Source of the DNA: Akkermansiaceae bacterium
GTDB lineage: Bacteria; Verrucomicrobiota; Verrucomicrobiia; Verrucomicrobiales; Akkermansiaceae
Assembly (NCBI GenBank): GCA_023299815.1
Contig: JALZWA010000034.1
Coordinates: 137 to 64,136 of the forward strand
Length of the DNA: 64,000 nt
Direction: 5' to 3'
Both the position numbers and the translations under genes were made by a program. Positions 1 through 9,281 of the stretch are shown piece by piece (positions within the stretch are counted from its first letter, which is position 1; each line of letters opens with the position of its first letter). The notes beneath the pieces are model-generated. The model was not told the DNA's origin. It worked only from the letters and a program-made list of their open reading frames with translations, and did no database searches.

Positions 1-155
1 CAGCAGCTCCTTCCTATAAGGTCGCCACTCCCACGAACACTCCTGGGATCGTGAAAAGCCCCTACTTCCCCTACACTCAGGTAAATGTGAGCGCACTGAA
101 GTCTGGAGATCAGGCACGTGTGCCGGGTAGCAATAATATCTTCCTAGTGCCTTAG
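1..155 (+). CDS. 3' end of an upstream gene (partial); C-terminus ...GIVKSPYFPYTQVNVSALKSGDQARVPGSNNIFLVP*
   Basis: Open frame from the window edge (in phase with position 3) to TAG at 153-155. A strong intrinsic terminator follows. It is absent from the ORF track because it has no start in the window. Confidence 0.5.
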   Translation, partial: AAPSYKVATPTNTPGIVKSPYFPYTQVNVSALKSGDQARVPGSNNIFLVP

Positions 156-180
156 GCGGAATCGAGCCTTAATTTTTAAG

Positions 181-216
181 ACCCAAGGTCGCGCTATCGC
201 GGTCTTGGGTTTTTTG
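181..216 (+). terminator. Rho-independent terminator
   Basis: ACCCAAGGTCGCG-CTAT-CGCGGTCTTGGGT forms a 13-bp stem (two G:U pairs) followed by TTTTTT. Confidence 0.8.
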
Positions 217-386
217 CTAAAAAGAGGGGCGGAAGTAAGCGCTTCAAATCCGCTCACATTGTCACCGAACGTCGCTATTCTAGGGATCAATCTGGCAATG
301 TCACCTTACCTCGCCTGAGATCCGGAGATCTCAACCTACGCTCCTTACTCCCAACTGAATTTTATTTTACGCGATGCTATTTTTGA

Positions 387-1034
387 TCACTCCAATAATT
401 TGGTGGCACGTTCATCGTCGAAACCCCTTACGATAACTCCCGGAAGAAAAACAATTTCGTTATCAAGGTAAACATCATCTTTCATCTGTAATGCCACTTC
501 ACGAGCTCTGCTCTCATCATCCTGAAGCCACTGTTTGAAAATACTGATGAGAGCATGGAAATTCCCACTTGAGCTTAATCTCTTTCGATAGTTGATCGCG
601 TGCTCAGGATCCAGCATTGCCATCCTTGTGAAACAGGTGCCGAAAAGTTGATTCTCAAATGGATCTGTGAAGCTAAGATCTTGAAATTCTTGGTGATCTA
701 GTAGCTTGTCAATATCCTTAACACTCATGTTGAGGATGGCCGCATTACTTTCCTCAACCTGACGTTCATTCAAATGATTCATGGATGAGATCACCATGTC
801 GATCATCTCACCTCGACTCCTCGACCGACGCTTCATGATACGAGACCGGTTCGCTGCGCGCTCTTCTACAGATTTTATTTTCACCTGTGCTGATGATCTA
901 CGGTCATGGCTCGAATCATTTTTATTTTCAGCAAGATTGGGCCGAATCATCTCCTTCAAGATTAAGTAGCAAACACTAAAAGCGACTACCGTGATGATGA
1001 TGTGTATACCCTTAAGCTGGGTGAATTTCGTCAT
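387..1034 (-). CDS. Hypothetical membrane-anchored protein (N-terminal TM helix GIHIIITVVAFSVCYLIL)
   Basis: 215-aa ORF, visibly more AT-rich than its neighbours, 8 nt downstream of the BlaR1-like gene. No recognisable domain. Confidence 0.5.
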   Translation of the reverse strand: MTKFTQLKGIHIIITVVAFSVCYLILKEMIRPNLAENKNDSSHDRRSSAQVKIKSVEERAANRSRIMKRRSRSRGEMIDMVISSMNHLNERQVEESNAAILNMSVKDIDKLLDHQEFQDLSFTDPFENQLFGTCFTRMAMLDPEHAINYRKRLSSSGNFHALISIFKQWLQDDESRAREVALQMKDDVYLDNEIVFLPGVIVRGFDDERATKLLE

Positions 1035-1042
1035 ATGGATCG

Positions 1043-2371
1043 CTATTCGTTCGGGACCACTGTTTTAAAGTGGTAGTTTTTAAGATTTTCAGCCCCCGTC
1101 GCCGTTGGGGAAGAATGGCAGGCGCTACAGCTTTTTTGCTTATGAGAGAGGCTATTGTGTCGGAACTTTCTACCATAATTCTCAGCCGTTTCTTGCTGCC
1201 GTTTCTTACTCATGGAAGTGTGATAATTCCTGAGACGCTGAGCTATTTGAGCCTCTGTTAGAGTCCCCGCTTTGATGGATTCCATGAGTTCCCTCGCGAG
1301 CTCTTCTTCGCTAGTTTCCCGTGATGACGGATCGCTAGATAAACGCTCACTGAATAAAGGGCTGGGATCAGGTTCTGCATACACAAATCCTAAGGGTAAG
1401 ATTGTCATTGCACCCAATACAGCTGCCATCTGGAGGCCTTTTGAGGGCTTACGGATTGCTGATTTATTGAGGATCATTTTTATGCGATTTTCAAGTTTCC
1501 CTCCACTCGTGATTTCACTCGCCAGCGCAAGCGAGCGAGACGTAGAAGGGATCAATTTCTCCACGACGGCCAAAATAGACTCTGCATAGGAACGGGAATC
1601 AGATTTCAGACAAGCGAGCACCTCAACATCGCAGCAAATCTCCTCATTCACACGGAGCTGTTGCCGGGCCCACCACATGATAGGATTCCACCACCAAATC
1701 GCCCCAGCAAAACACTCTAGCCAGCGCACGATATAATCTCTCCGTTTCACGTGGACCATTTCATGGGCCAGAACCCAACGCCATTCCTTAGGCTTCATGC
1801 TATCGAGCATGACCAAGGGCAGAATCACGTGAACCGCGCCACCCATCCACCAAACCATGGGTTCAGTCTTGGCGGAGGTGATGCTCAACTTAGGGAGTTT
1901 TTTTAGACCAATCACACCCGCTAGCTCGCGTCCCATTGCTTCAACTTCCGGTGGCGCCGGCTGAATTTCAGACATCATTGCGGAATGAAAACGCCGCGCT
2001 CTATACATAGATAAGAGCAGGATGATCGCGCTCCCCAAGAGGCTGATTCTAATCAAGGCGCCCGGAGGCCAGATAACCTCTAACCATGTGGTAGATTTTT
2101 TTTCCTCCAAGGAGTCATTGCCGCTGACCGCTTCTGAGATTTCGCAATTCTCGGGAGCGATAGAGGCACCTCCACTGACATTCATTGCGGGGATCTCAAT
2201 GAATGGTATCGATATGATTGGCGGAGTAACCAGCTTAACGAGAACGAGCAGCCATAGCTGGTAAGTGAGGTGAGGCCGTTTGCTAGAGAGTCCTACAAGG
2301 CATGCGATGACGGCAAAGACGCTCGTAACAACCACGTTACTAAAACCAAATTCGTAGAGGTCTTCCATCAT
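1043..2371 (-). CDS. BlaR1/MecR1-family M56 peptidase-type signal transducer (anti-repressor)
   Basis: N-terminal TM helices and the HExxH zinc motif in LAHEMVHVKRRD, which is typical of M56. Its start overlaps the stop of the upstream BlaI-like gene by 4 nt (ATGA). The C-terminal tail contains SCSACH (CxxCH). Confidence 0.8.
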   Translation of the reverse strand: MMEDLYEFGFSNVVVTSVFAVIACLVGLSSKRPHLTYQLWLLVLVKLVTPPIISIPFIEIPAMNVSGGASIAPENCEISEAVSGNDSLEEKKSTTWLEVIWPPGALIRISLLGSAIILLLSMYRARRFHSAMMSEIQPAPPEVEAMGRELAGVIGLKKLPKLSITSAKTEPMVWWMGGAVHVILPLVMLDSMKPKEWRWVLAHEMVHVKRRDYIVRWLECFAGAIWWWNPIMWWARQQLRVNEEICCDVEVLACLKSDSRSYAESILAVVEKLIPSTSRSLALASEITSGGKLENRIKMILNKSAIRKPSKGLQMAAVLGAMTILPLGFVYAEPDPSPLFSERLSSDPSSRETSEEELARELMESIKAGTLTEAQIAQRLRNYHTSMSKKRQQETAENYGRKFRHNSLSHKQKSCSACHSSPTATGAENLKNYHFKTVVPNE

Positions 2372-2763
2372 GACTGTTCACTCCTTTCATCCTCATCAAG
2401 GAGGTCGCGGATTCGCTTGATATCCTCGGGCAATATTTTCTTTTTCTCAATCAGATGCGTGAGCAATGGCGCGAATGAGCCAGCAGTGAGGGTCGAAGCT
2501 AAGTTTTCTAACTGACCGCCAGCATAAGCCTGCCGAGTGATGGTGGGGGTAAATAAGTGCACTGGTGTGTCACGCTCCCTGATGACGTAACCCTTAGCTT
2601 CAAGGCGCTGAAGAAGACGCTGCACTGTGCCGTTCTGAGCGGCCCCTTGGTTAGGATACAGTTGGTCACGAATCTCTCGGGCGGTGAACGGGGCCTTCTC
2701 CCAAAGAAGATCCATAACCGCGAGTTCTGCATTGGCCAGTGATGCTGTCAGCTTTTTTCTCAT
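2368..2763 (-). CDS. BlaI/MecI/CopY-family winged-helix transcriptional repressor
   Basis: From internal Met22 (MRKKLTASLANAELAVMDLLWEKAPFTAREI...) the product is about 131 aa, a typical BlaI length and N-terminal pattern. Coupled to the BlaR1-like gene. The ORF track extends to 2826. Confidence 0.8.
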   Translation of the reverse strand: MRKKLTASLANAELAVMDLLWEKAPFTAREIRDQLYPNQGAAQNGTVQRLLQRLEAKGYVIRERDTPVHLFTPTITRQAYAGGQLENLASTLTAGSFAPLLTHLIEKKKILPEDIKRIRDLLDEDERSEQS

Positions 2764-2893
2764 GAATTGACGTGAATTACGACTTCTTGTCGTAAGACAT
2801 TTGCGACAAATTGTCGTATTCGTCAACAGTTAAAAATGATTCTTAAGAATTTCAAAGAAGGGCAGCTGGGACGATTATTCTGCAGCGGCAGAG

Positions 2894-4258
2894 CTAGACT
2901 TTTTGCAGCGCTTCCGTGGAGTCGCCGAAGCGCTTATCATCGACTCCAAACTCGTTGAGCATGCGGAGGTAGAGATTTGAGAGTGGAACTTCACGACCCA
3001 GATCAACGTGCCGACCCGGAGTAAAGGCGCCCCCTCCATGTCCCCCCACGATGATCGGAAGATCATCATGATTATGGCGATTCCCATCAGAGATCCCACT
3101 GCCATAAACGATCATCGAGTTGTGCAGCAGTGACTTCCCATCCGCGTCTTTGGTCTCCTTCATCTTCTGAAAGAAGTAGGCGAGCTGGGTGAGATAGAAC
3201 TCATCGATCTTCTGGATCTTCTCTAAATTTTCTTTCTTCTTTTTGTGGTGCGAGACGTTGTGGTGACCATCGCTCACCCCGATATTTCTAAAGTCCCGGT
3301 TCGAGCCATCGTGCGCCATGAGAAAGCTCGTCACGCGGGTCGAGTCAGTCTGGAAACCCAAGACCATCATATCCATCATGAGGCGCATGTGCTCACCGTA
3401 ATCCTTAGGCTGACCACTCGGAGCAGACACCCCGGGGTCTACGGGAGTGCCAAAGGACTCCGCCTTTTCAATCCGCCGCTCAATCTCGCGCACTCCAGTG
3501 AGATATTCGTTCAGTTTTTGCTGATCATTTTTACCCAGATTCTTGTGCATCGCCTTCGCGTCATCCGCGATAAAATCGAGAATCGACTGCTGGCTCGCGA
3601 GCCGACTCCGCATCCCCTTTTCTCGGTCCTTTCCTGTGCCAGCCCCAAAGAGACGCTCAAAGACGAGACGCGGATTCGACTCCGGCGTCATCGGTTGATT
3701 CTCGGAGCGCCAGGAAATGTTAAACTGATAAGCACAAGAGTAACCCGAATCACAATTCCCCGATTTTCTCACCCCGTCACAAGTGAGTTCTAGCGAAGAA
3801 AGGCGGGTATGCTCCTGAGCAGCGCGCGCCGCAATCTGATCGACCGAAACTCCCACCCGAATGTCCGATCCCGATGTCTTCTTAGCACGCGCCCCGGTGA
3901 GGAAAGTCGCATTACTGCGAGCATGATCTCCGGCACCATCCTTACCTGCAAAGGCATGCCGATGTGCAAATCCGCTAAAGACTTGGAAATCATCTTTCAG
4001 CCCCTCCAGCGGAGCCATGCTCTTCCCAAGCTGATAGTCCGGTCCACTTCCTTGAGGGCGCCAGTGCTCTAAGTTCACTCCATTTGGAACCGTGAGATAA
4101 GCCATCCGCAGCGGACTACCAGAAGCCGTCTGAGCCACCGAACCGGTGGTCGCTCCCATCAGAGGTGAAAAAGACTCAAGCGCGGGAAGACCCACCGCAG
4201 TGCCCAAGCCGCGCAAAAATCCGCGACGATTTAAAACCTTAGATGACCCCATAATCAT
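2894..4258 (-). CDS. DUF1501-family (sulfatase-fold) protein with twin-arginine signal
   Basis: Tat-like N-terminus SSKVLNRRGFLRGLGTAVGLPALE, and a typical DUF1501 body (DGHHNVSHH..., GGHGGGAF). Paired with the DUF1592-type gene immediately upstream, as is usual in PVC genomes. Confidence 0.75.
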   Translation of the reverse strand: MIMGSSKVLNRRGFLRGLGTAVGLPALESFSPLMGATTGSVAQTASGSPLRMAYLTVPNGVNLEHWRPQGSGPDYQLGKSMAPLEGLKDDFQVFSGFAHRHAFAGKDGAGDHARSNATFLTGARAKKTSGSDIRVGVSVDQIAARAAQEHTRLSSLELTCDGVRKSGNCDSGYSCAYQFNISWRSENQPMTPESNPRLVFERLFGAGTGKDREKGMRSRLASQQSILDFIADDAKAMHKNLGKNDQQKLNEYLTGVREIERRIEKAESFGTPVDPGVSAPSGQPKDYGEHMRLMMDMMVLGFQTDSTRVTSFLMAHDGSNRDFRNIGVSDGHHNVSHHKKKKENLEKIQKIDEFYLTQLAYFFQKMKETKDADGKSLLHNSMIVYGSGISDGNRHNHDDLPIIVGGHGGGAFTPGRHVDLGREVPLSNLYLRMLNEFGVDDKRFGDSTEALQKV

Positions 4259-4294
4259 CAATACGACTGATTCCCTAAAAATCACACAGCTTTT

Positions 4295-6613
4295 TCACTC
4301 CGCTCCGCGGCGCTTCTGAAATGGCGCACTCTCAATCACACCGATCACGAGCTCCTTCAGGCTTCCCCCATGATCGTGAAGGCGCTCCACGAGCAGATCG
4401 ATCGTCGGAGCATCATAATATTCCACCCCGCGACCCGTGGCATAGACGAGGATCTTTTCAGAAATGCAGCGGTAAAAATCATCCCGCCGCTTGTCCGCTA
4501 GAATCTCCTTAAGACTCGAGACATCGCTAAACTTCTCGCCCGTGATGAGCTCGCCGCCGCTATCGATTTTTTGCCCATCCTCCTTCGTGCGGTATTGCCC
4601 GATGGCATTGAAATTCTCAAGCCCGAGGCCGATGGGATCCATCCGCTTATGACAGCTCGCACAGAGCTTCTTCTCCCGGTGGATTTCCATCATCGCCCGC
4701 ATTGTCAGCGGCTTGTCACTGCCATGGGCAGCCTCCTCCAGTTCAGGGATATCCGGCGGCGCAGGCGGAGCGGGCGTTCCCAAAATCTGATCGAGCACAA
4801 AGAGTCCCCGCTTCACTGGAGAGGTGCGGGTCGGATTTGAGGTCACCACTAAAAAGGTTCCTTGCGTGAGAATCCCACCCCGCTCGGGATATTCGGTGAG
4901 ATCAACCAAGCGGTGATGCTCTCCCTTTACTCCATCCACGTCATAAAAGTCCGCCAAGCGCTCATTGAGAAAGCTATAGCGCGCTGAGATCAGCTCCTCG
5001 GCAGGTCGCCCGTTCTTGAGCACGAAATCGAAAAACATCTCGGTCTCCGCCCGCATGTCGCTTCGCAAGCGACCACTAAAAATACTCGTGGCTTCCCCAC
5101 GATCCCGAATTCCCAGGATCTTCCGCGCATCCATCGCCAAGTGCTCCACATCCCGAGCCTGCAGCCACTGGCCGACAAAATTCTTCGTAAAGCGCATCGC
5201 CCGTGGGTCCTTGAGCATCCGGTCAACCTGTGCGCGGAGACTTTGTCGAAGCTCCTTCTTGAAGGCGAGGCTCAGCAGCTCGTCATCCGGCACGGAACTC
5301 CAGAGAAAAAAGGAAAGCCGTGAGGCCAGCGCATACTCATCAAGATCCACCACCTTGCTTGGGTCATTCGGATTGGACTGAACCTCCGCACGGAACAAAA
5401 AGCGCGGCGAGGCCAGCACCGCCGTCATGGCATGCTTGATGCCATCCTCAAAACTCTTTCCAGGCTGCTTGTCCACCTCGATAACCATCCTCACTAGCCG
5501 CCCTACCGAGCCGCCATCAAGCGGCCTCCGGAAGGCCCGGCTCACAAAACTGCGCATGATCTTCCGCGCATAGAGTTCCCGCTCACGAGGATCATCTGGC
5601 GCAGGCCCATCCACCATGATCGCGCGGTAGCCCTTCGGATATTCTTTAAAACTCCCGTCTAGCGGCCCCTTAAGGCTCACCTTTTGGAGGTAGAAAAATT
5701 GCTCCTCCTGTCCCTCATCCGGGGCATTCCGGGGAAGCACGCGCAGTTCAAAGCGGTTCTCCCCCTTCTTCAGCTCCGCTTTGCCGCTGAGACGGATCGT
5801 CTGCTCCTGCTCCCAACCCACCGTTCTCTCCGCCACCTTTTTTCCATTCACGAGAAACTCAAGATGCGCGGTCTGCTCCGTGGCGGACTCTGCACCACGC
5901 ACCGCATAATTCAGATGCACCTCGTAAGATCCATCGGCAGGAGCTTCCCCATCGAGAGAGACTTTCCACTCCTTCGCAAAGGCCAGCCAATGGCCAGATT
6001 TCTTCGCATTACCCGGAACCCAAAAACTCTTCCCTGAAAACTCACGCTGTGGAATCGAGGACGCCGCGCCCTTCGGCAGCGCCATTTCCACCAAATCCAC
6101 AGCAGCCTGCAGATACTTCTCCATCAAAAGCGGCGACATGCTCAGCACACTCCCGATGGTGTCAAACCCATAGCCTGTGTCATCCGCCGGAAAATTTTCC
6201 TTCGTGTTGTAGTCCACCCCGAGGAGATCTTTCACCGCATAGTGGTATTCCTGTCGATTAAGACGACGGATCGTCACGCGGCCCGGGTCTGGGTTCTTAG
6301 GATCGAGCTTGAAAACATCTTTTTCAATCCAACTCAGTAGCTTCTTCTTTTCCTCATCCTGCAGCTGATCCTTCTTCGCCGGCGGCATGATCTGCGAGCG
6401 CACATTACGCCACACTGCGAGCCAGTGATCCACATCGCTCAGATGCTTCTTCTCATCGGAGAACTCGTCCATTGAGAAATCCCCCTTCGCCGAGCCCTCG
6501 GCATGACAATCATAGCAGTAGAACTCAAGAATTGGCTTAATCTCCTCATCGAAAACGATATCAGCCCACGCCGACCCCGCAAAAAGAATAAGGAGACCGG
6601 AGAGAAGTTTCAT
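4295..6613 (-). CDS. Planctomycete-type cytochrome c domain protein (PSCyt / DUF1587-DUF1592-DUF1595-DUF1588-DUF1585 architecture)
   Basis: Signal peptide MKLLSGLLILFAGSAWA from internal Met11. CxxCH motifs at CYDCH and CASCHKRMDPIGLGLENF. Large size and adjacency to DUF1501. Confidence 0.75.
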   Translation of the reverse strand: MKLLSGLLILFAGSAWADIVFDEEIKPILEFYCYDCHAEGSAKGDFSMDEFSDEKKHLSDVDHWLAVWRNVRSQIMPPAKKDQLQDEEKKKLLSWIEKDVFKLDPKNPDPGRVTIRRLNRQEYHYAVKDLLGVDYNTKENFPADDTGYGFDTIGSVLSMSPLLMEKYLQAAVDLVEMALPKGAASSIPQREFSGKSFWVPGNAKKSGHWLAFAKEWKVSLDGEAPADGSYEVHLNYAVRGAESATEQTAHLEFLVNGKKVAERTVGWEQEQTIRLSGKAELKKGENRFELRVLPRNAPDEGQEEQFFYLQKVSLKGPLDGSFKEYPKGYRAIMVDGPAPDDPRERELYARKIMRSFVSRAFRRPLDGGSVGRLVRMVIEVDKQPGKSFEDGIKHAMTAVLASPRFLFRAEVQSNPNDPSKVVDLDEYALASRLSFFLWSSVPDDELLSLAFKKELRQSLRAQVDRMLKDPRAMRFTKNFVGQWLQARDVEHLAMDARKILGIRDRGEATSIFSGRLRSDMRAETEMFFDFVLKNGRPAEELISARYSFLNERLADFYDVDGVKGEHHRLVDLTEYPERGGILTQGTFLVVTSNPTRTSPVKRGLFVLDQILGTPAPPAPPDIPELEEAAHGSDKPLTMRAMMEIHREKKLCASCHKRMDPIGLGLENFNAIGQYRTKEDGQKIDSGGELITGEKFSDVSSLKEILADKRRDDFYRCISEKILVYATGRGVEYYDAPTIDLLVERLHDHGGSLKELVIGVIESAPFQKRRGAE

Positions 6614-6696
6614 CAACCCTCTGATACGAATCGCGCCGGGCATTCTAGTCGCTCTTTTTCGAAAAAGTGAGAATTTCTCTCCTTATCTTAAAAGCC

Positions 6697-6724
6697 AAAA
6701 AAAACTCGGTCGTGTGACCGAGTT
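6697..6724 (-). terminator. Rho-independent terminator of the PEP-CTERM gene
   Basis: On the minus strand, ACTCGGTC-ACAC-GACCGAGT is followed by a T8 run. Confidence 0.75.
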
Positions 6725-6751
6725 TTGAAGAAAAACACCTTGGAATCTTCC

Positions 6752-7786
6752 TTATCTCCGGCGTCTCAATAAGCCCATTGTCGCCCCCAGAAGGACCATG
6801 AGGCCGCTGGTTGGCTCGGGAACGACTTTGACCGTCGGACCTACGAAATCCATGAAACCATTTGTGTCGCGAGTCTCACTATCAGCGGGCCACGCGGGGT
6901 CCCAGACGGCAATAGACTCTCCACCATCGAGATCTGTCTCGTATTCGACGTCGATACCGCCCCAGTTACGCCCCCAAAGGCCAATCTTTTCATCTGGTCG
7001 GACATTGCCGGGGTCTACTCCAAGACCTTCAAAATAATCTTCAATTCCAGTATTATCCCATGACAAACTGATATCTTGAGTCCATTGTCCGGTAAGAGGA
7101 TTGAGAACAGGATCACCATAAATGAGCTCCACTCCAAGATTACTGACAGCCTGGGCGGTATTGAAAATAGGGTCCGAAAATCCGGGCTGTCCAACTCCTC
7201 CGAAATCGTTGGCTGGATTCACATCATACTCGTAGACACTCATGCCTGCATTTGGATCGATGACGATCATTGCATTTGTTGCTGGATCCGTGCCCAGCCC
7301 GACCCCTGACCCGTTGTTCAAAACAAAACTGAATACTCCAGTGTCAAAACCTTCATTCTGAGAGCGGGTCACATCCATCGTCCAGTTCATCGTTACCTGA
7401 TGTGCTCCTCCCAGACCGTCATCATTATAATTGAGGTTCATATTGAGGAACTGGCTTCCACCTCCTCCGGTGCCTCCCTGACTCTGATCCCAATCAAGTT
7501 CATGGCTGCATTCCTCATGAAAGGTGTCTGGCTCAATACCCCCTCCTAAAGGGACCCCTGGATCATTCGTTGGAGCATCTCCTTGAAAGGTAGGTTCGTC
7601 TGAGAGAACCCCACCTCGCTCAGTGCCACCTCGCTCAGTGCCGGGAATCTCAATGCCACCGCGCTCAGTGCCTGCGAGTTCAGTGCCGCCGCGCTCAGTG
7701 CCTGCATCAAGCTGAGCGGAGAGCGAGGAGATTGAAAAGAGGCCCAGAAGGGCGAGTTTGTAGGGAGAAAGTAGTTTCATAAACAA
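6752..7786 (-). CDS. PEP-CTERM sorting-domain secreted protein with N-terminal GTERG pentapeptide repeats
   Basis: Signal peptide, and C-terminus VPEPTSGLMVLLGATMGLLRRRR (PEP motif, hydrophobic helix, Arg cluster). Confidence 0.8.
   Translation of the reverse strand: MFMKLLSPYKLALLGLFSISSLSAQLDAGTERGGTELAGTERGGIEIPGTERGGTERGGVLSDEPTFQGDAPTNDPGVPLGGGIEPDTFHEECSHELDWDQSQGGTGGGGSQFLNMNLNYNDDGLGGAHQVTMNWTMDVTRSQNEGFDTGVFSFVLNNGSGVGLGTDPATNAMIVIDPNAGMSVYEYDVNPANDFGGVGQPGFSDPIFNTAQAVSNLGVELIYGDPVLNPLTGQWTQDISLSWDNTGIEDYFEGLGVDPGNVRPDEKIGLWGRNWGGIDVEYETDLDGGESIAVWDPAWPADSETRDTNGFMDFVGPTVKVVPEPTSGLMVLLGATMGLLRRRR
7611..7700 (-). repeat. Six tandem 15-nt units (CCRCCKCGCTCAGTG-like) encoding GTERG/GTELA/GIEIP pentapeptides
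   Basis: The direct 15-nt periodicity is visible in the DNA; it lies inside the CDS at 6752-7786. Confidence 0.85.
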
Positions 7787-7904
7787 CAGTTAGACAGGGG
7801 GTTGGCTGTTACTTTAGTTGAAAATCTAATTTTGTAAATATTTTTATTCTCTTGTTAGTAAAGTCTTCTTTCTCATTAGCTCTTTAAGATTCATAAAGCC
7901 ACCG

Positions 7905-9281
7905 ATGAAAATGCTTCAGCGATCAGTGATCTCCTCTATGGGAGCTCTTGATTCTCGTAGCATCTCACTCTGTCGCATTTGTCTTGGATGCTTAATCCTC
8001 TGGGACTTGTGCCAGTATTGGCAGCACCTAGAAGCTTTTCTCTTGGACGATGGCATCGTCTCTCGGACTCTCCTCGAGAAGCACTATCAGGCCAATAAGT
8101 GGACACTTCTCGGCTGGTGGTTCGTCACCCCGGCTTCTAGCTCAATTTTTGGCACCAAGATCCTCCTTCTCCTCCACGGACTCTGCGGGTTGGCATTTCT
8201 TACCGGCTTCAAGACTCGCTCGGCGGCCGTCTTAATCTGGCTCTTCACAATCCAAATCCACAACCGGAACCCCTATGTTCTCCAAGGAGGAGACGTCTTG
8301 CTCCGCGCAATCTTGTTTTGGTTCATGTTCCTCCCATCGGGGCGCCATTTCTCGCTGGACGCAGTCGGTCAGAAAATGAAGCCAGTCCTCGTGACAGGTC
8401 TCTCCCCCTTCTTCTTCACCGCTCAATTCGCCCTCATGTATCTCTTTACGTGGATCTTAAAAGATCACCCCGCGTGGAACAGCGACTACACCGCGGTCTA
8501 CTTGGCCCTTCACTACGATCAACTCGCGACGCCGTTCGCGGTATGGCTTCGACAATTTGAAGGACTGCTCCCCTTTTTCACGGCAGCCACCTACTGGACT
8601 GAATTCTCGGCACCGATCCTTCTCCTCCTCACTCACCGGCTGCCCCGCACTCGTCTTATCTTGGTGATCGGAATGATCCTCTTCCACATCGGACTCGCGA
8701 GCGCGATCTTCCTCGCCCACTTTCCTTGGCTCTGCGCCATCATCTGGCTCGCCTTCCTCCCTCCGAAATTCTGGAATGAGACCCTACCCGATCCCGAGGA
8801 AAAGAAACCCTCGCTTCTTCTCTCCCTAAAGTCTGGGTTTTGCGTCCTCATGTTCGCCGTCGTCATCGCGTGGAATATTCGGACCCTAGACTTCAAGCGG
8901 CACGAGACTTGGTTTCCCCGCTCCCTGAGCTCAGTGGTGCAAGCAATCCGCCTCGACCAATATTGGTCAATGTTCTCCCCTTACCCTACCAGAGAAGACG
9001 GGTGGTTTGTTCTCACCGGAAAAAGCGCCGATGGTTCCTGGCATGACCTCCTTCGGAATCGCAGCGAGAGCTTTGCCGAAAAACCCGAGTATCCCTCCCA
9101 TGACTACCCCAATGGTCGATGGTCGAAACTCTACAGCCTCCTCCGCAGAAAAACCCATCCAGCCCGCGCTGCGACACTCGACTGGTATCAGCGAAGCTGG
9201 AATCGCGAAAATCCTCAAAATTCTTTGATTGAAATCCGCCTCGATTTCATCGAAGAATATACCCATTCTCCCCCTCAATGA
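7905..9281 (+). CDS. HTTM-domain (vitamin-K-dependent gamma-carboxylase-like) polytopic membrane protein
   Basis: The N-terminal pattern LDSRSISLCRICLGCLILWDL resembles the HTTM opening motif, and there are many TM helices. Family assignment comes from motif memory only. Confidence 0.5.
   Translation: MKMLQRSVISSMGALDSRSISLCRICLGCLILWDLCQYWQHLEAFLLDDGIVSRTLLEKHYQANKWTLLGWWFVTPASSSIFGTKILLLLHGLCGLAFLTGFKTRSAAVLIWLFTIQIHNRNPYVLQGGDVLLRAILFWFMFLPSGRHFSLDAVGQKMKPVLVTGLSPFFFTAQFALMYLFTWILKDHPAWNSDYTAVYLALHYDQLATPFAVWLRQFEGLLPFFTAATYWTEFSAPILLLLTHRLPRTRLILVIGMILFHIGLASAIFLAHFPWLCAIIWLAFLPPKFWNETLPDPEEKKPSLLLSLKSGFCVLMFAVVIAWNIRTLDFKRHETWFPRSLSSVVQAIRLDQYWSMFSPYPTREDGWFVLTGKSADGSWHDLLRNRSESFAEKPEYPSHDYPNGRWSKLYSLLRRKTHPARAATLDWYQRSWNRENPQNSLIEIRLDFIEEYTHSPPQ

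Noticed and set aside
7611-7700. Short regularly spaced repeats that could be mistaken for a CRISPR array.
   Set aside because: The period is only 15 nt with no spacers. The repeats are in frame inside a CDS and encode pentapeptide repeats, and there are no cas genes nearby.
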